Below are positions 1-13,656 of a stretch of 64,000 nucleotides of DNA, piece after piece (the stretch's first letter is position 1; each line of letters begins with the position of its first letter). The notes under the pieces are model-generated. The model made no database searches, was not told the origin of the DNA, and was given only the letters and a program-made list of their open reading frames with translations. The position numbers and the translations under genes are program-made. This stretch comes from Flectonema sp. DT1601 (Eukaryota): positions 372,001 to 436,000 of the forward strand of contig OZ025803.1 of the NCBI GenBank assembly GCA_964019425.1, read 5' to 3'.

Positions 1-1325
1 TTCTCAATTGATTGTTTTTCAATCTTCCATCTTGATCTTTCATCTTCTAGAAGGTTGTTGAGTTCTGTTCGTTGTTTCATTAAACTCAACCTTTCCCCCT
101 CAAGTGTGAGAGCTGCTTGTCTGTCTGCAGCATCTAAGGCTACTTTAGATTCCGTAGCGAATCTAGTTAATTGATCATTGTAGCTTCTCTCTGTATCTCT
201 GAGGGACTTCTCAAGTTTCTCTTGAAGAGTACGTTGCTGTTGATCGAATTCAAGAGATTGCAATTCTTTTTCTTGTGTGAGTCGGCGGTTTTCCATTTCA
301 GAAGTTTTAAATTTCGATGTGGCGTCTGCTTCTCTAGCAGCAAGTTGTTGTTCGAGCTGACGAACTCTTTCTGAGTACGCGTCAGTTACTTGTTGAACAT
401 TTTGAGATGCCTGCAGTGAGATAGAACTCATTACTTCCCTCTGCATGTCACTCAACTCTTTTTGATGTTTTACGCGTTCAGTGTCAGCTACTTCAGCGAG
501 GTCAATCTTTTGTTTTTCCATGAGCTCCGCCACCCTTTCATTTGTTTCTTTTAGCGACGTTTGCTGTCTGTTTTCAGCGTCCTGACGGCCCCTTCGCTCT
601 TCTTCGATGCTCTGCATTAGTATTTTCAAATTCTGTTCCATTCGATCTTGTGTTAACTTCCCCTGATCTTGGATGGCACTCAACTGCAGCTGCGATGTTT
701 CCAACTTGGAGCTCAAGTCCGCCACCTGCAGTTGAAGTTTTAGGTTCGCTGACTCAGCCGCGTGAAGCTTTATTTCACCTGCTTTGATTTGTTCGTTTCT
801 CTCGCGCATTTCCCGTTCTTGGTATTGCTTCAAGTCAATACTGTGAGTACCTGCTATTTGTTTCAAGTTGGTATCATTTGATGTTTGTAACATATGAATC
901 TGACGAGAGTGTTCATCTCTCATGTTATCCATCTTGCTACCCCACTGCAGTTCTAACTCATCCAGAGATCTTTTATTTCTTTCAGTGAGACTAGCGAGAA
1001 TACGAGTATGTTCAACTTGTTGAGAGGTTATTGCGAGTTGTAGTGATTCCTCGTATCTGACAGCAGTGTTTAGAATGGATTCTTTCTGCTGGTCAGCGAT
1101 CATCGAAGAAACTGGATCGACAACTTGCACAAGTCTCGAGTCATCAACTGACTGAACAACTCTCTCAGCCTCCTGGAGATAAGCTCTTCGAATATCTTCA
1201 ACCTGCTGTTGACTTACTTCCATAGGTACGAGTCCAGCAGCAGACATCCCACGTACGGGAAGGGGAACTGAGCCAGTCCTTCGATGACTAGTCGGCGGTA
1301 GGATCGGTGGCGGGATCGTTGCCAT
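1..1325 (-). CDS. Long coiled-coil protein, N-terminal part (runs off left edge)
   Basis: Manual minus-strand translation from ATG at 1325 (MATIPPPILPPTSHRRTG...) is open to position 1, about 441 codons, and is E/Q/K/R/L-rich. It is absent from the ORF track, probably because there is no stop inside the window. A U-rich tract plus CAG lies just upstream of the ATG. Confidence 0.85.
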   Translation of the reverse strand, partial: MATIPPPILPPTSHRRTGSVPLPVRGMSAAGLVPMEVSQQQVEDIRRAYLQEAERVVQSVDDSRLVQVVDPVSSMIADQQKESILNTAVRYEESLQLAITSQQVEHTRILASLTERNKRSLDELELQWGSKMDNMRDEHSRQIHMLQTSNDTNLKQIAGTHSIDLKQYQEREMRERNEQIKAGEIKLHAAESANLKLQLQVADLSSKLETSQLQLSAIQDQGKLTQDRMEQNLKILMQSIEEERRGRQDAENRQQTSLKETNERVAELMEKQKIDLAEVADTERVKHQKELSDMQREVMSSISLQASQNVQQVTDAYSERVRQLEQQLAAREADATSKFKTSEMENRRLTQEKELQSLEFDQQQRTLQEKLEKSLRDTERSYNDQLTRFATESKVALDAADRQAALTLEGERLSLMKQRTELNNLLEDERSRWKIEKQSIE

Positions 1326-1981
1326 CGTTTATTTTGTCTGATAAAAATGAAATATATTTGTTTTCTCTAAATACGTAAGCTAATAGTCCACAAGAAGGCT
1401 ACTCTCCGCCTATCAAATCTTTGGTACCTGTGGAAATTAAATACAATAACAGCCCATACGTACCATACAATAGTCGTATGAACAGCAGCATTAATTTCAG
1501 AGTGGGTTATTAATTCACTCGATGTAAATTTGATGCGCTGACTTACTTTTTTCACTAGTTCTAAACAAAACAAGCAACTGAACTAATCTATTTTCCTAAC
1601 CAGTTCTCGTGCAGAGTACGTTAGCTTCTGCACGTGAAGTCTGAGACCGACTTAATTTTTATCAATTTTGCTACTTTATTTCTTTCTCAGCGTCCATCCA
1701 GCAAATATCTCTAACGAGCTAGAAAGCCAGAAGCTAAGAAAATCAAGCGCAATGACGATAATGAGAAAAGGAGGAGTGAGTCTGGGAGGCTGCAAAGTTG
1801 AAATCACCATTCAAAAACAAGAACAAGAAATAGAACATCTGGTCAATCGACTTGCAATATGAATGTACAAGAAATTGAACAAAAAAAAAGAGAAATAAAT
1901 TTTTACCTTCTCATCAGAGTGGCTCTCTTACTATTCAGAAATAGAGGAGAAAGCTAACACAAGTATCTCAATAATCAAACA

Positions 1982-2701
1982 TCAGTTTGTAACATGAACA
2001 AACTCAACGGCTTCTTGATAAACTGAATTCGAATGGAAAGGAATCATCTCAACAGAGCTGGGGAAGTATGGGGCAGGGGACTCGTACACCTGTGGGGTTA
2101 GAACGTCCAAGCGTGTTAAGATCTCGCGGATAAATTCTGTGCAGGTCAGAGTATCTGAAAGATACTTTTTACTATTAAAGATCGCTGCCAGAACTACCGA
2201 ATAGGTATCAGCAAATATCCTTTCTGCTCCAGCCTCGAGGGCTGCGTACACCAACTCGGAAGTACTGATTTCTTTTGCCAATCGAAATACTTTCGCTTGA
2301 TGATTATGAACTCTGTTGTAATCTTCAAAGTAACTATCAAGACAGAAGAATCGAACTGATCCTTCATTCTTTCTACATTCTTCTGGTGGATGAGGATATC
2401 CTTGTGGTGCAAAGTCTATTCCGTACAACCTACCCTCATTCTTTACGACAATAAACGTATGACAATACTGTGTCCCACACCAAGCGGTTTTTAACAACCA
2501 CTGCAGCCAATCACCTACACCGCTAAACTTTCTCTTTTTCATCGAAATAATATCGCCTGTCTTTAGAGTAGTTTTGATATCTTTGGCGTAGGTCAGTCGG
2601 CAGTCGCTGTCTCTACGGCGAAGTCTATTTCGAATTATTTGGCTCAACCTATACAGCCCCAATATAGTACCTCCCTGGATGCTAATTCCACAACTCTCCA
2701 T
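1982..2701 (-). CDS. Permuted papain-like NlpC/P60 (YiiX/YebB-type) cysteine hydrolase-like protein
   Basis: 239-aa ORF with LKTGDII, then a His motif (QYCHTFIVV), then a C-terminal Cys motif (LTCTEFIREIL). His before Cys is the order seen in circularly permuted NlpC/P60 enzymes. Motif recognition only. Confidence 0.6.
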   Translation of the reverse strand: MESCGISIQGGTILGLYRLSQIIRNRLRRRDSDCRLTYAKDIKTTLKTGDIISMKKRKFSGVGDWLQWLLKTAWCGTQYCHTFIVVKNEGRLYGIDFAPQGYPHPPEECRKNEGSVRFFCLDSYFEDYNRVHNHQAKVFRLAKEISTSELVYAALEAGAERIFADTYSVVLAAIFNSKKYLSDTLTCTEFIREILTRLDVLTPQVYESPAPYFPSSVEMIPFHSNSVYQEAVEFVHVTN

Positions 2702-3324
2702 TGATTCTAATATAGTGATTATTCACACCTAGTAAATGATAATAAGACAACTTTGACTGTTAAACATTAAAGTACTCTCCGTTAAGAAGGGTCTCGCAGT
2801 AGGTTCTTTTTCTCAGTCTTCCACCTCATGCTGATTATAATCTATAAAAAAAATTAATTAAGGAAGTCAACGTAAAAGAGTTAACAACATATTAATATCA
2901 ACCAGTTGTATTAATACTACACAAACATTACTGAGTTCTGCCACAGCAGCCTCTAGAGATTTCATACAATATCACGCGGGTGCCTACTCTGGCACAGCTT
3001 CGCATGGCAACCGAAGACTGTGCAGCTGGACCTCAAAAAATATCGGGCGCATGGCACGAAATGAGAGAGGACTCCAGCCCAAGAGTGTGAGGCAGGGAAA
3101 CAAAAAAAGAGAAACCTTGCGAGAGGGAAACACCTTTCCCCGAAAAAGGAATAAAAAAAGGCGGTCGAATCCGGTCGAAGAAATTACCAATTCATTATTG
3201 AATTCACTCAATTCTTACCTACGAACTCTGAAGCGAGAGAGAGAGTGTGTGCGTGTGACAGTGAGTGCTCTTCTGACCTCACCTCACTTCACTTCACTTC
3301 AAATCGCCAAAGGGAAATTACTAC

Positions 3325-4272
3325 CTACTGACAGTTGTCACCACCCTCGTTACAAGGGAAGTTGACCTCAGTGAAGGTTCCCGGGGTGGCCCAGTTGCAG
3401 GTGTCCTCCACGCAGAGGGACTTTCCGGCTCCTCTCGAGACTCTGAAGTATCCCATCTCTCCCCAGAACTCTCCCCAACTGTTTCTGACGATCCAGTACT
3501 TTTGTCCATTCTCAACACCGTATCCGACAACAGAGATCGCGTGGTCAGCTCCTCCACAAACACCCTCAGCGATACCTCCGTGGTAGCTCAAGATCTGGGT
3601 CGCGTCAACTCCACAGCCGACTGGTCCACGAGTGTAGATCTCCTTCATCATCTCCTCCTCTCCTCTGACAGTTCCGAACTCAGCGACAGTCGCGTTCGGG
3701 AATCGGGTGATCGCAGAGCACTTTCCTCCCATCGAGGTGAAGGTCGAGCAAGTTCTGCACACGTTTTCCGCCTTGCAAGTCAAGTCTACGTCCTTGCAGA
3801 ATCCCTCGTCCGACTCCTTCGAGCACGCAAGGTAAGGGTTGCATGTGTCGAAAACAACTCCGTCCTTGTTTCTGTGGATCCACTCGAACGCTCCTCCGAT
3901 CGATCCTCCGTGGCACGATCCGGCGTTACCACAGTTCAGAACGTGCTGCACCGCCAAGTTCACGTCGATTCCCTGTGCCTTTCTAGCGATCTTGATTCTG
4001 TCTCCCAGAGCCGACACCGCCGCGTGTGCCCAACAAGATCCGCAGTACTGAGGAATGTGCTGGTTCAGGTTCTTCGTCAAGTAGTTAGTTCCGTTAACGT
4101 TCCCCCAAGTGAACGACTCTGGCACGTCAGCCATCTTCACGTAGTCCTTTGGCTGTGGGCTCACGACGTGTGATCCAGTTAAACCGGCAGCCTGTTCCTG
4201 CTCCTTCGTCCACAAGGAAGAAGGCTTCGCTGATGCGAAGGCGAAGAGCGCGAAAAACATCGATGACTTCAT
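3325..4272 (-). CDS. CTSZ: Cathepsin Z/X-like papain-family (C1A) cysteine peptidase
   Basis: Signal peptide and short propeptide; NQHIPQYCGSCWAH carries the cathepsin X HIP mini-loop and the catalytic Cys; DHAISVVGYG (His); WIVRNSWGEFWGE (Asn). Intronless, 315 aa. Confidence 0.92.
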   Translation of the reverse strand: MKSSMFFALFAFASAKPSSLWTKEQEQAAGLTGSHVVSPQPKDYVKMADVPESFTWGNVNGTNYLTKNLNQHIPQYCGSCWAHAAVSALGDRIKIARKAQGIDVNLAVQHVLNCGNAGSCHGGSIGGAFEWIHRNKDGVVFDTCNPYLACSKESDEGFCKDVDLTCKAENVCRTCSTFTSMGGKCSAITRFPNATVAEFGTVRGEEEMMKEIYTRGPVGCGVDATQILSYHGGIAEGVCGGADHAISVVGYGVENGQKYWIVRNSWGEFWGEMGYFRVSRGAGKSLCVEDTCNWATPGTFTEVNFPCNEGGDNCQ

Positions 4273-6624
4273 CGTTTGTATGTTTTGGTAATCGATAACT
4301 GAGGTAGAAAATGATGTGAAGCTCAGCAGACAAGCTCAACTCATTCCAGAATGCGACGAATATTATTTACTGAAAGATTGAGTGATCGACGAAGAAACGC
4401 CGCTCGAAAAAAAAGAAACAATGAATGAAATACTCTTGAACCAAACTCGGAAAGCCACGCGAACAACATTCCAGTCAGACGTAATTGATACGCAGCCTAT
4501 TAACGAATAAAAGTAAAGTTAGAAATATAACTCAACAAGCTAACAAGCCATACGACATACGCCTGTTGCGGAAACGAGAATATGCAAATTGGAGAGCTTG
4601 CAAGCAGATAGCGCTGTGCGAATTATTACAAGTCCCACTTTTCCAAACAAATAATAGTCTTGTAAGATGAAAGGAGAAAGCGAATAATAATATAAAAAGA
4701 AGAAACAGCTGACTATTATATAAATACTAAGGAAGTGTTCACCAAAAAACAGGTCCAGCTGACGCTAGTTAGTTTAAACAACTTCCGCATAAAGGAAAAG
4801 GAAGTGCGAAGCCAACCTCCCTAAAAGGTTTCTTGACCGCTTAGGTTCCCTGCATCGCAGGATAACAGCTGACTTGTCACATCTGAGTTTTGTTCGAATA
4901 GGTACCATATCAAGGCATTAATAATTGGTTGCGTTTACACCAAATCTCCAAATGTCTGGGTAAACAGGAGAAAGAGGTCCACTTCGAAAAAAAAAAAAAA
5001 ATCAGAGACGGACGAAAGGGTTTGCGAAGGAGAAGGGCAGACACAACAGTAAACTGTCCCTAAAATAGAAAGTGCAACTTGCAAATATCAAGAGAAATCC
5101 CCTTTCGAAACTTCTTCACCTATTTTAAAAAAAAGATCCTTGCTACAGCAACACAGAAGAAAGATCTTTGCTTGGCAGCATCTTATGATTTCTTCCTTCT
5201 ATTTATGATTGATAAGTTTGCTTAGAAATAATTAAAAAAAAGAAGAAAGAATAAAAATAACGAATCGGCAATGTCTACCTAACACAAAAAAAAAGGAGAT
5301 CATCGCAAGGCAAAAAAAAAAGGAAATGTTTTTGACTGCAAGAGATAGCAGTCATATTTTATTCCATAGACAACAGAAATTGACCGTGTGAAAAAAAAAA
5401 AAAAAAAAAAAAAAATTCTAAATCGACCCTGAACCGATATAAAAACTGATAGTTGCCACAAAAGTAGCAAAAAAAAAAGGGGTCAACATGACTGCCATCT
5501 CAGGGACAGAAAATAACTTCCAAAAAACAAAAGAAAGAAAACAAAGAAGGACAACAAAATTACAATATTTTGTTGTCTTTATTCATTTATTCAAAGGTTG
5601 AATAGCTAATCAAAGAACCTGACTAATGCAAAGACTATCAAACTATACATTTTGCTCTTTTAAGTTATTTTCAATTAGTAAAAGCATGTGGGGAAAAACG
5701 TTCACGGCATTACTGCCAACGAAACGAGAAACACATTAACGCTAGCCATTCAAACGACGCAAAAGTATCAGAGCAGGGCGCTGAGAAGCATCGCGTTCAG
5801 CTATTTTTTGTTTTTTTCTTTTTTTTCCCCCGCTAGTCCAATGAATAATAACATGATAATTAACGTTTTTTTCCCCCCTCATGCCCTCCCTTTTCTTTTT
5901 TTTTCCCCCTCTTTAAAAATGCAAAAAAACTGACTCGCAAACTCAATAAAACAACAAACCTTTTTTTTTTTTTTTTCCTTTTACACGAGTGATAAGGAAA
6001 ATAAGAAAAGAAAACAGTCCGAAGAAAGAAAATAAGAATTTCTCTTTCCAAGTAAATTGTTTAATACGGCTTTATTGCCTTCCAGCGCTTAGTTAATGTT
6101 AGTTAGTATCATTAATCTTAGCATAGAAAAGTGAGAATAGTTTAGTTTAGAATAAAAAGTATTCATTTCTGCAGGGCATAGAATTAGGTAGTTAGCGAGT
6201 CCGACATACAATCGAGTACCGGTTAGATAGACACAACAGGGTGGAATGGTTAACCACCTGTGAGTCCCCAAATACTACGACATTATGTCGAACCTACTGC
6301 ACCGTTGACTTAACCCGTTTGTGATACCATTTGTTTACACAGTTTTATAAAGGTGATTGTAATCCCTTTAGTGGTGACAATAAGGACTTTCCTAAAAAAA
6401 GAAAAAGGAAAACAAACAAACAAAATAAAGTTATCAAAAAGAATAATTAGCTAGTCTGCTTCGTGTTTATGCTCTTGACTAATATACTAAAGTACCGAAA
6501 CGAATAGATTGAAGAACCGAATGGAACTTCTTTTCCTTACAAACTCCTCTACAAACTGGAGGATATATTTAGTGAAATGGAGTGAAAACTCTTTTCAACA
6601 GTAACGTCGTCTGACTGTCTACTT

Positions 6625-7507
6625 CTAGATTACGTCTTCTGATTCTTTCGGTCTTCTGAAATTATGACCATGAGCCTCCAACAGCCCCGAGCTCAGAGCC
6701 TCTCCGAGTGATATTGGTCGTAGTAACGGTGAGCTGTTTGTTCCATTGGCGCTCCTGTTTAATGATCCTCTCGATTCTTGAGACAGGTTTGAACGAGGTG
6801 ATCCATCACGATTAGAAAAACTGAGGCAGTCAGAGTCGCTGTTTTGTTGAGTCGAATTAGTTTACCACAAAACAATAATGAGAGTAAAGTACATACCAAT
6901 CCTCCGCTGCCGGTTCAGGCAGAATGCTTTTTCTCCTACGAGTAGTCTTCTTCTTCTCTTGGAATCTAAGTTGTTGTTGAAGATTATTAATACAACGTTT
7001 GTCTGTTAGTCGTTGTGGAGATCCCATTCCCATTTGAGAACGAGATTGGATAAGTTCCTCATCATCATCGTGTGTGTAAATTGTATGAATTGAATTGCGA
7101 GAAGAAAAGTCAACCGCCGACTCTCCCGAAACTGATTGACCAGCGCGGCGTTCGATGTCGAAGACAGTGATAGTGCTCATCCATCTTTTGATTTTTAAAT
7201 GATCAGATCTCGGGGATATTGATGGATCAGGGTTAAGTGAGGGAGCTTCTGGCTCCATTGGAACTGGCTGGTAGCTGTACTTGTAAGGTGAAATACTACG
7301 ACACCTCAGAGAAGCCATCGTTTTTAACCGAAGCAATTGAAATGAACAACCTCTTGTCTCTAGACTCTCACACTCACTTGGTGACCCATCACTGTCACGT
7401 GCTCCACTTGGTCGATATCTATCCCATCTTTCGTCGTAATCCTCTGGAGCTGGTGTTGGATCTTCTTCAACAACTGCAACTTTCGTGCTGCTGCTGCAGC
7501 ACCCCAT
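6625..7507 (-). CDS. Ser-rich protein with N-terminal MGCC dual-acylation motif, 2 exons (about 274 aa)
   Basis: ATG at 7507 gives MGCCSSSTK. Removing intron 6839-6896 (GTATGT...CTAAT...AAAACAG, 58 nt) restores the frame through to TAG at 6625. Confidence 0.75.
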
Positions 7508-8355
7508 ATTCTTCAATACTCCTGTTTTGAAAAATTGTCACTTATCTCTTTTTGTAATAAAAAAAAACAACTACAAAAATAATTATTCTTAGTAATTTGT
7601 GAAAGGAATGTCCCTGCTAACTAATTTGTTGCTTTGGGAGTTTGAGAGAGGAGGATTCATTAGTAGTGAAACATTGGATGGCTAAATTATATTATTGATT
7701 GGTAACATCGACACGTTGAGAAAGGGAGACGAAGATATCAAACGAGACTATTTCGATAGTTACTGTCTTAACCCTCATTGTTGAGTAACATTACCAAAAT
7801 TTCAAAAACAACAGATAACAAAGTAGAGCTGCTTCAAAAAAAGAGGAAAAAACAAAACAAAAAAGGAGGCGAATAATTCATCATATCATTCACCGGAGGG
7901 AGTTTCGATAAAAAGAAGTATCGAGTAATGCTTCACTAGAATTCCTTTTTTATTATTACGACTTTTCACATCACTTTTATAAATAAGTATAAATAACATT
8001 ACTGATTGGAAAGATCAACAACGACAATCCAGTTCATCGTTTCCGAATCAACAGATTCACAAATCTTTCTTTTGGTACGCCAATACGGTTGAATTCAGTG
8101 TTCGGAAATTTTGCATACAAAAAACAAAAGAAATTTAAATGAATTAAAATATAATTTTTTAGAATGCACACCAATTGTAGTGCAATGCAAGAACCCTATT
8201 CGACTTGTAAGGGTTTCATATATTCTTAAAAAAAAAAAAAAAAAAAAGAAATTTAAAAAATAAACTCAGAACAAACTGAATTGCTCAACGCATAGATGTT
8301 TGATTCCAAAAATTCAATTCAAATTAAATTATTTTACGTTTCAACTTTAGCGATT

Positions 8356-11300
8356 TCAGATTGTTACAGCTTCCATTTTGTTAACCTGCTGATCATTCAT
8401 TGCAATTACTTCACTCTCCTGTTTACCCAACGTGGCATCAAAATCTTGAAAAGAAACACCGTCTTGCTTCCTCTTATACACTAAGAAGCCAGCCACAGCC
8501 CCACATACAGCCAATACAGCAATCGCAATCAACAGCCAAATCAACCAGCTGCTGCTACTCTTGTTGCTGTCATCACCAGTCGCTCCTTTCTGTTGGTATT
8601 TGTTGTTAAAGATTTTGACAAGGTCAGCATTGCTCTCTCATTACTATCAAAAATATAAAACAACATACCAGATTACCGTTACCTGTCGGACTTTCACTTT
8701 CTGATGGTACGACTGTGCTCGAGACCTGAGTAGCATTGCTTCTGTTAGCCTGTGGCGCATCCGTACTGTTCCTGACTACACTTGATGTATTCTGTAATTT
8801 TTAGCTTAGTTTGCTTTGCTTTGCTTTCGCTTTTGACAGCCGAGGAAGGATACATACCGAAGTCGTGCACTCAGCAACGCCACCAACCTTCTCGCCTTCG
8901 AACATCATTCCATTCACTTTTTTGCATCTGCAAACGAAGTCGTACTTAGCTCCCGGAGCAGTGTCTGGATCAGTACAGGTCTGGGTATCAACAGGACAAG
9001 GTGGTACTCCTGCTGGAGGATTACATTCATCGAACTGACAGCTCATCACTGGACTTCCGACATTCTCAACTTGGTCAGCTTCACAGGTACAAATAAAGTC
9101 ACCAACCACGTTTACATCAGGGTCATTGCATACTTGATGTGCACCACAAGGATCGGCTGCGCACTCTCCTGTCTTCTCACAATTGGCAGCACCTCCGATC
9201 TTGAACACCCCATTTGCACAGGTGCAGGTGAAGTCATCCAAGCTGTTCGCCTGCGGGTTAGGGTCGTTGCATGTTTCCACCACACTCGGATGCCCGCTCC
9301 ACGCACACGGGTTCTTCGAACTGCCCTGCTTACACTCGTCACATTCAGCCACAGCTGCACCGACGTTGTGCATCAACCCGAACGGACACCGGCACTCGAA
9401 GCTACCATTTGCCACCCGATCGAAGTCTGCGCATATCTGACCTTCGCTACACGGGTTGGCAAGGCATTCATCAACTCCACAATTAGCCTTCGCTCCAGTC
9501 GCGGTGGGGCCGTTGTTCGCACAAGAACAGACGTAGTCGTAGAGGGAACTGACAGACTGATTCGGATCCATACACTCCTGTTCTTCACACGGCCTGGAAT
9601 CACATTCATTCTTCCCACACCTCGCAGGGCCATCGGTCCGATTCAGTGACGGGTCAGCCCTACACGAACAAATGAAGTCATGGAGGACATCCGCGTTGGT
9701 GTTTGGGTCAACGCAGTCTTGATCGCTACCACAAGGCTGAGATTCGCACTCGTCATCGATGCACTTCGACACAGCACCTCCAGTTGACGTCACTCCATTG
9801 GGGCAGGTGCAAGTGTAGTCTCCAATCGACGCAACAGTTTGCAAAGGATCATTGCATACTTGGTTCTGACTGGCATCACAAGGGCTGGCATCACACTCGT
9901 TCTTCGAACAAGTCGCGGGTCCGTCAGTTTCTGCTATCGACGAGTCAGATTTACAAGTACAGGTGAAGTCGTGGAGCACGTTGGCTGCAATGTCAGGATC
10001 GTTGCAGTCCTGTTCCGTACTCGACCCGCAAGGACTGGAATCACACTCATTCACATCACACGCAGCCACAGGTCCTCCAGTAGTCACTACCCCGTTACCA
10101 CAAGTGCAGGTGAAATCAGTGAGGGATCCAGGTGTCGGGTTCGGATCATTGCATACTTGGTTCTGACTGGCATCACAAGGGCTGGCATCACACTCGTTCT
10201 TCGAACAAGTCGCTGGTCCGTCAGTCATTACGATTGACGAGTTGGACTTGCATGTACAGGTGAAGTCGTGGAGCACGTTGGCTGCAATGTCAGGATCGTT
10301 GCAGTCCTGTTCCGTAATTGATCCGCAAGGACTGGAATCACACTCATTCACGTCACACGCAGCCACAGGTCCTCCAGTAGTCACTACCCCGTTACCACAA
10401 GTGCAGGTGAAATCAGTGAGGGATCCAGGTGTCGGGTTCGGATCATTGCATACTTGGTTCTGACTGGCATCACAAGGGCTGGCATCACACTCGTTCTTCG
10501 AACAAGTGGCCGGACCATCAACTTGCGTGATTGTTGTGCTGGATTTGCAGGTACACACAAAGTCGTGCTGGCTGCCAGATGCCGTGTTGGGATCATTACA
10601 ATCTTGGTCCATGTTGGTACCGCAGGGGTTCGTCAGAACAACACACTCGTCGATGTCACACGTTGCCGGAGCACCAGTGGCAGTAGCGCCGTTCGTACAA
10701 GAGCAAACATAATCCAACAAAGAAAGGGGTGTCCTCACCGGGTCATTACACATCTGACCAGGTCCGCAAGGGGAGGCGAGACACTCATCCTGCACACAAA
10801 CAGCTGGTCCTCCCATCAGATCTCCAACCTTCGGTGATCTGCATGTGCAAGTGAAGTCTCCAGCAGAACTCACATCTTCATTAGCATCAGTACAATCCTG
10901 ACCACTTCCACAAGGTGAGGCGTCACACTCGTTGAGAACGCAAGTAGCCAGACCTCCGACATTGCTTCCCACCCCAACCTGACAGGTGCAAATGAAATCC
11001 ATCTGACCCGCTGCAGTGCTGTCGGGATCGTTGCAAGTCTGATTTGTACCACAAGGATTGGCGGTGCACTCATCCATGTTACCCATCGAGCAGGTAGCAG
11101 GTCTTCCCGTCTCCATCACATTTTGGTTAGGGGCAAGGCAAGTACACGTGAAGTCTCCAGTCGATGCAGCAGACTGATTCGGATCATCGCATGTCTGACT
11201 GCCACACGGAGACGTTGCGCACTCGTCCTCAACACACGCAGCAACTGGTCCATCAACCATCCTCAAGTTCATGTCGTTGTCACAAATACATTCGAAGTCG

Positions 11301-13531
11301 TGCAGTGAGTTGGCAGCTTGATTCCCATCATTACAAGACTGCCCGCTTCCACAGTTGAATGTTGTGCACTCATCAGTCTCACAAGTTGCGAGTCCTCCAA
11401 TGGCTGTAATGCCGTTGGCACACGCGCATGTGAAGTCGTTCAATGCAGAGAGCGAAGTGTCCGGATCTACACAGGTCTGCGTTCCGCAAGGCATCGCATC
11501 ACACTCATTCTTAGTACAAGTTGCAGGACCATCGACCCTTGTGAGAGACGTGTTCGACTTGCAAGTACAGACGAAATCATGCAGATTGTTCGAAGCTGTG
11601 TTAGGATCGTTGCAGTCTTGTTCACTGGTTGATCCACAAGGATTGGCATCACACTCGTTGTTGATGCAGGTCGTCACAGCACCTCCGGTTGCAACAACTC
11701 CATTAGGACAAGTGCAAGTGTAGTCACCAATGGAACCAAATGTTGGGCTTGGGTCATTGCAAGTTTGGTTCTGGGAAGCATCACATGGGTTGGCGTCACA
11801 CTCGTTCTTAGTGCAAGTTGCAGGACCATCGATCCTCGTAAGAGTCGTGTCTGACTTGCAAGTACAGACGAAATCATGCAGATTGTTCGAAGCTGTGTTA
11901 GGATCGTTGCAGTCCTGCTCACTGGTCGATCCGCAAGGATTGGCATCACACTCGTTGTTGATGCAGGTCGTCACAGCACCTCCGGTTGCTACGACTCCAT
12001 TAGGGCAAGTGCAAGTGTAATCACCAATGGAACCAAATGTTGGGCTTGGGTCATTGCAAGTTTGGTTCTGGGCAGCATCACATGGGTTGGCGTCACACTC
12101 GTTCTTAGTACAAGTTGCAGGACCATCGACCCTTGTGAGAGACGTGTTCGACTTGCAAGTACAGACGAAATCATGCAGATTGTTCGAAGCTGTGTTAGGA
12201 TCGTTGCAGTCTTGTTCACTGGTTGATCCACAAGGATTGGCATCACACTCGTTGGTGATGCAGGTCGTCACAGCACCTCCGGTAGCAACGACTCCATTAG
12301 GGCAAGTGCAAGTATAGTCACCAATAGAAGCCAGCATCGGGCTTGGGTCATTGCAAGTCTGGCTCTGGGAAGCATTGCATGGGCTAGAGTCACATTCATT
12401 TCTTGAACAAGTCGCCGGACCATCAACTTGGGTGACTGAGGTATCTGACATACAAGTACAAATGAAGTCATGAAGGGAATTGGCAGCTTCATTTGGATCG
12501 TTGCACGTTTGATTAGCACCACACGGATTAGCATCACACTCTCTAGTTTCACATGTAGCCTGACCACCAGTTGATACAATTGAAGGGTACATATCACAAG
12601 TACAGGTATAGTCATTACTCGAAGTAGTATCAGGATCGTTACATGTCTGTCCAGTTCCACAAGTGCTGTTGTCACACTCGTTTGTTCCTGATGGAGGTGT
12701 TGAACATCCACTTGCAGTCTCACCGTATCTTCCAACGTTGTCGTCGTACTGGCCACCAGTACCCATGGAACCGAAGTTACCTGGGGTCTCGTAGTTGCAA
12801 ATCAAGTACACGCTTAAAAAACCACCGCCATCAATGTGACACAATCCACATCCTACCTTTGTAGTTGCCTTCCAAACAACTTGAGTCATGTGACCAGCTG
12901 TAGCAGTTTCAGTAGCAGTGTTGTAGTTCCAACATGATTCTTCAGTGCAGTACCAATTGGTTGTGCCGTCAGCTGGATCCCAATTATGCAAATCCTTATT
13001 ACCTGCGACTGATGCTAAGTTCTCACCGAGTCTGCCGCCCGAGTACGTTGCTGGATTGTTGTGTTGAAGCGTACGTTGGCTGCAGGTCCTCTGGAAACCG
13101 TCACTGCCAACAGAGTATGCAGCAATCGCAGTATCGTAAACGAGAGGACAGGCGCCGTGTTTAGCGCGAAACTCGTTGTGCTTCGCTAAAACGCTGTCAA
13201 TCTGCCACTGCGCGAGTCCAGAGAAGCAAGCAGACGTAGTACGGCCAGTACATGATCCAGTCCTTGCGTCAGTTGGTGCTGGGACTGGTGCACCAGGGGG
13301 ACACGTGCAGTCACACCGCCCGTTGTTGCAATTGCTGAAAGTAACTATCTGCGCACATCCATATGAGTTTGCCATTGACTGGCAAGTGTAACCGCCATCA
13401 CATTCATCTGTGCAAACGGGTCCAGTTCCCACACAAACTACTTGCGTTGACATTACGGTACACTCTTGTGCGCTTGCAAAGTCTGCAAGTAGAACCGTCC
13501 CAATGAGGGCGCAGAACTGCGACCACTTCAT
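8356..13531 (-). CDS. CAP/SCP domain + EGF-like repeat type I membrane protein, copy 1 (about 1676 aa)
   Basis: Signal peptide MKWSQFCALIG; CAP motifs HNEFRAKH, GENL, GHMTQVVW, CNYETPGN; tandem 6-Cys NEC...C repeats. Exons 13531-8858, 8791-8669 (S/T stalk, type A) and 8589-8356 (TM + tail); phase-0 GTATGT..ACAG introns of 66 and 79 nt. Confidence 0.9.
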
Positions 13532-13656
13532 AATTTGTGTTGTTAAACTTTTCAAATAGAATGATTTCACTCAAGACAACCAATCCTGAACACGAATGTC
13601 ACAATCTTCAGGACTCAAGACTCTCAGTAATCTCACCAGAGTAGCAAGAGAAGTTA

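Noticed and set aside
6097..6137. About 40-bp similarity to 52331-52373 (atgttagttagtatcattaat...gaaaagtgagaa)
   Set aside because: Too short and AT-rich to assign; at most a dispersed-repeat remnant.
8792..8857. C-termini VCILPRLSKAKAKQSKLS / VCIHSCLVY as true protein ends
   Set aside because: These are read-through into GTATGT introns; splicing joins in-frame stalk and TM exons.
13532..13570. Upstream start MKSFYLKSLTTQI in the ORF track (copies 1-3)
   Set aside because: It uses a GTG/TTG start. The ATG of MKWSQF begins the signal peptide and aligns with the MRCLQL start of copies 4-6.
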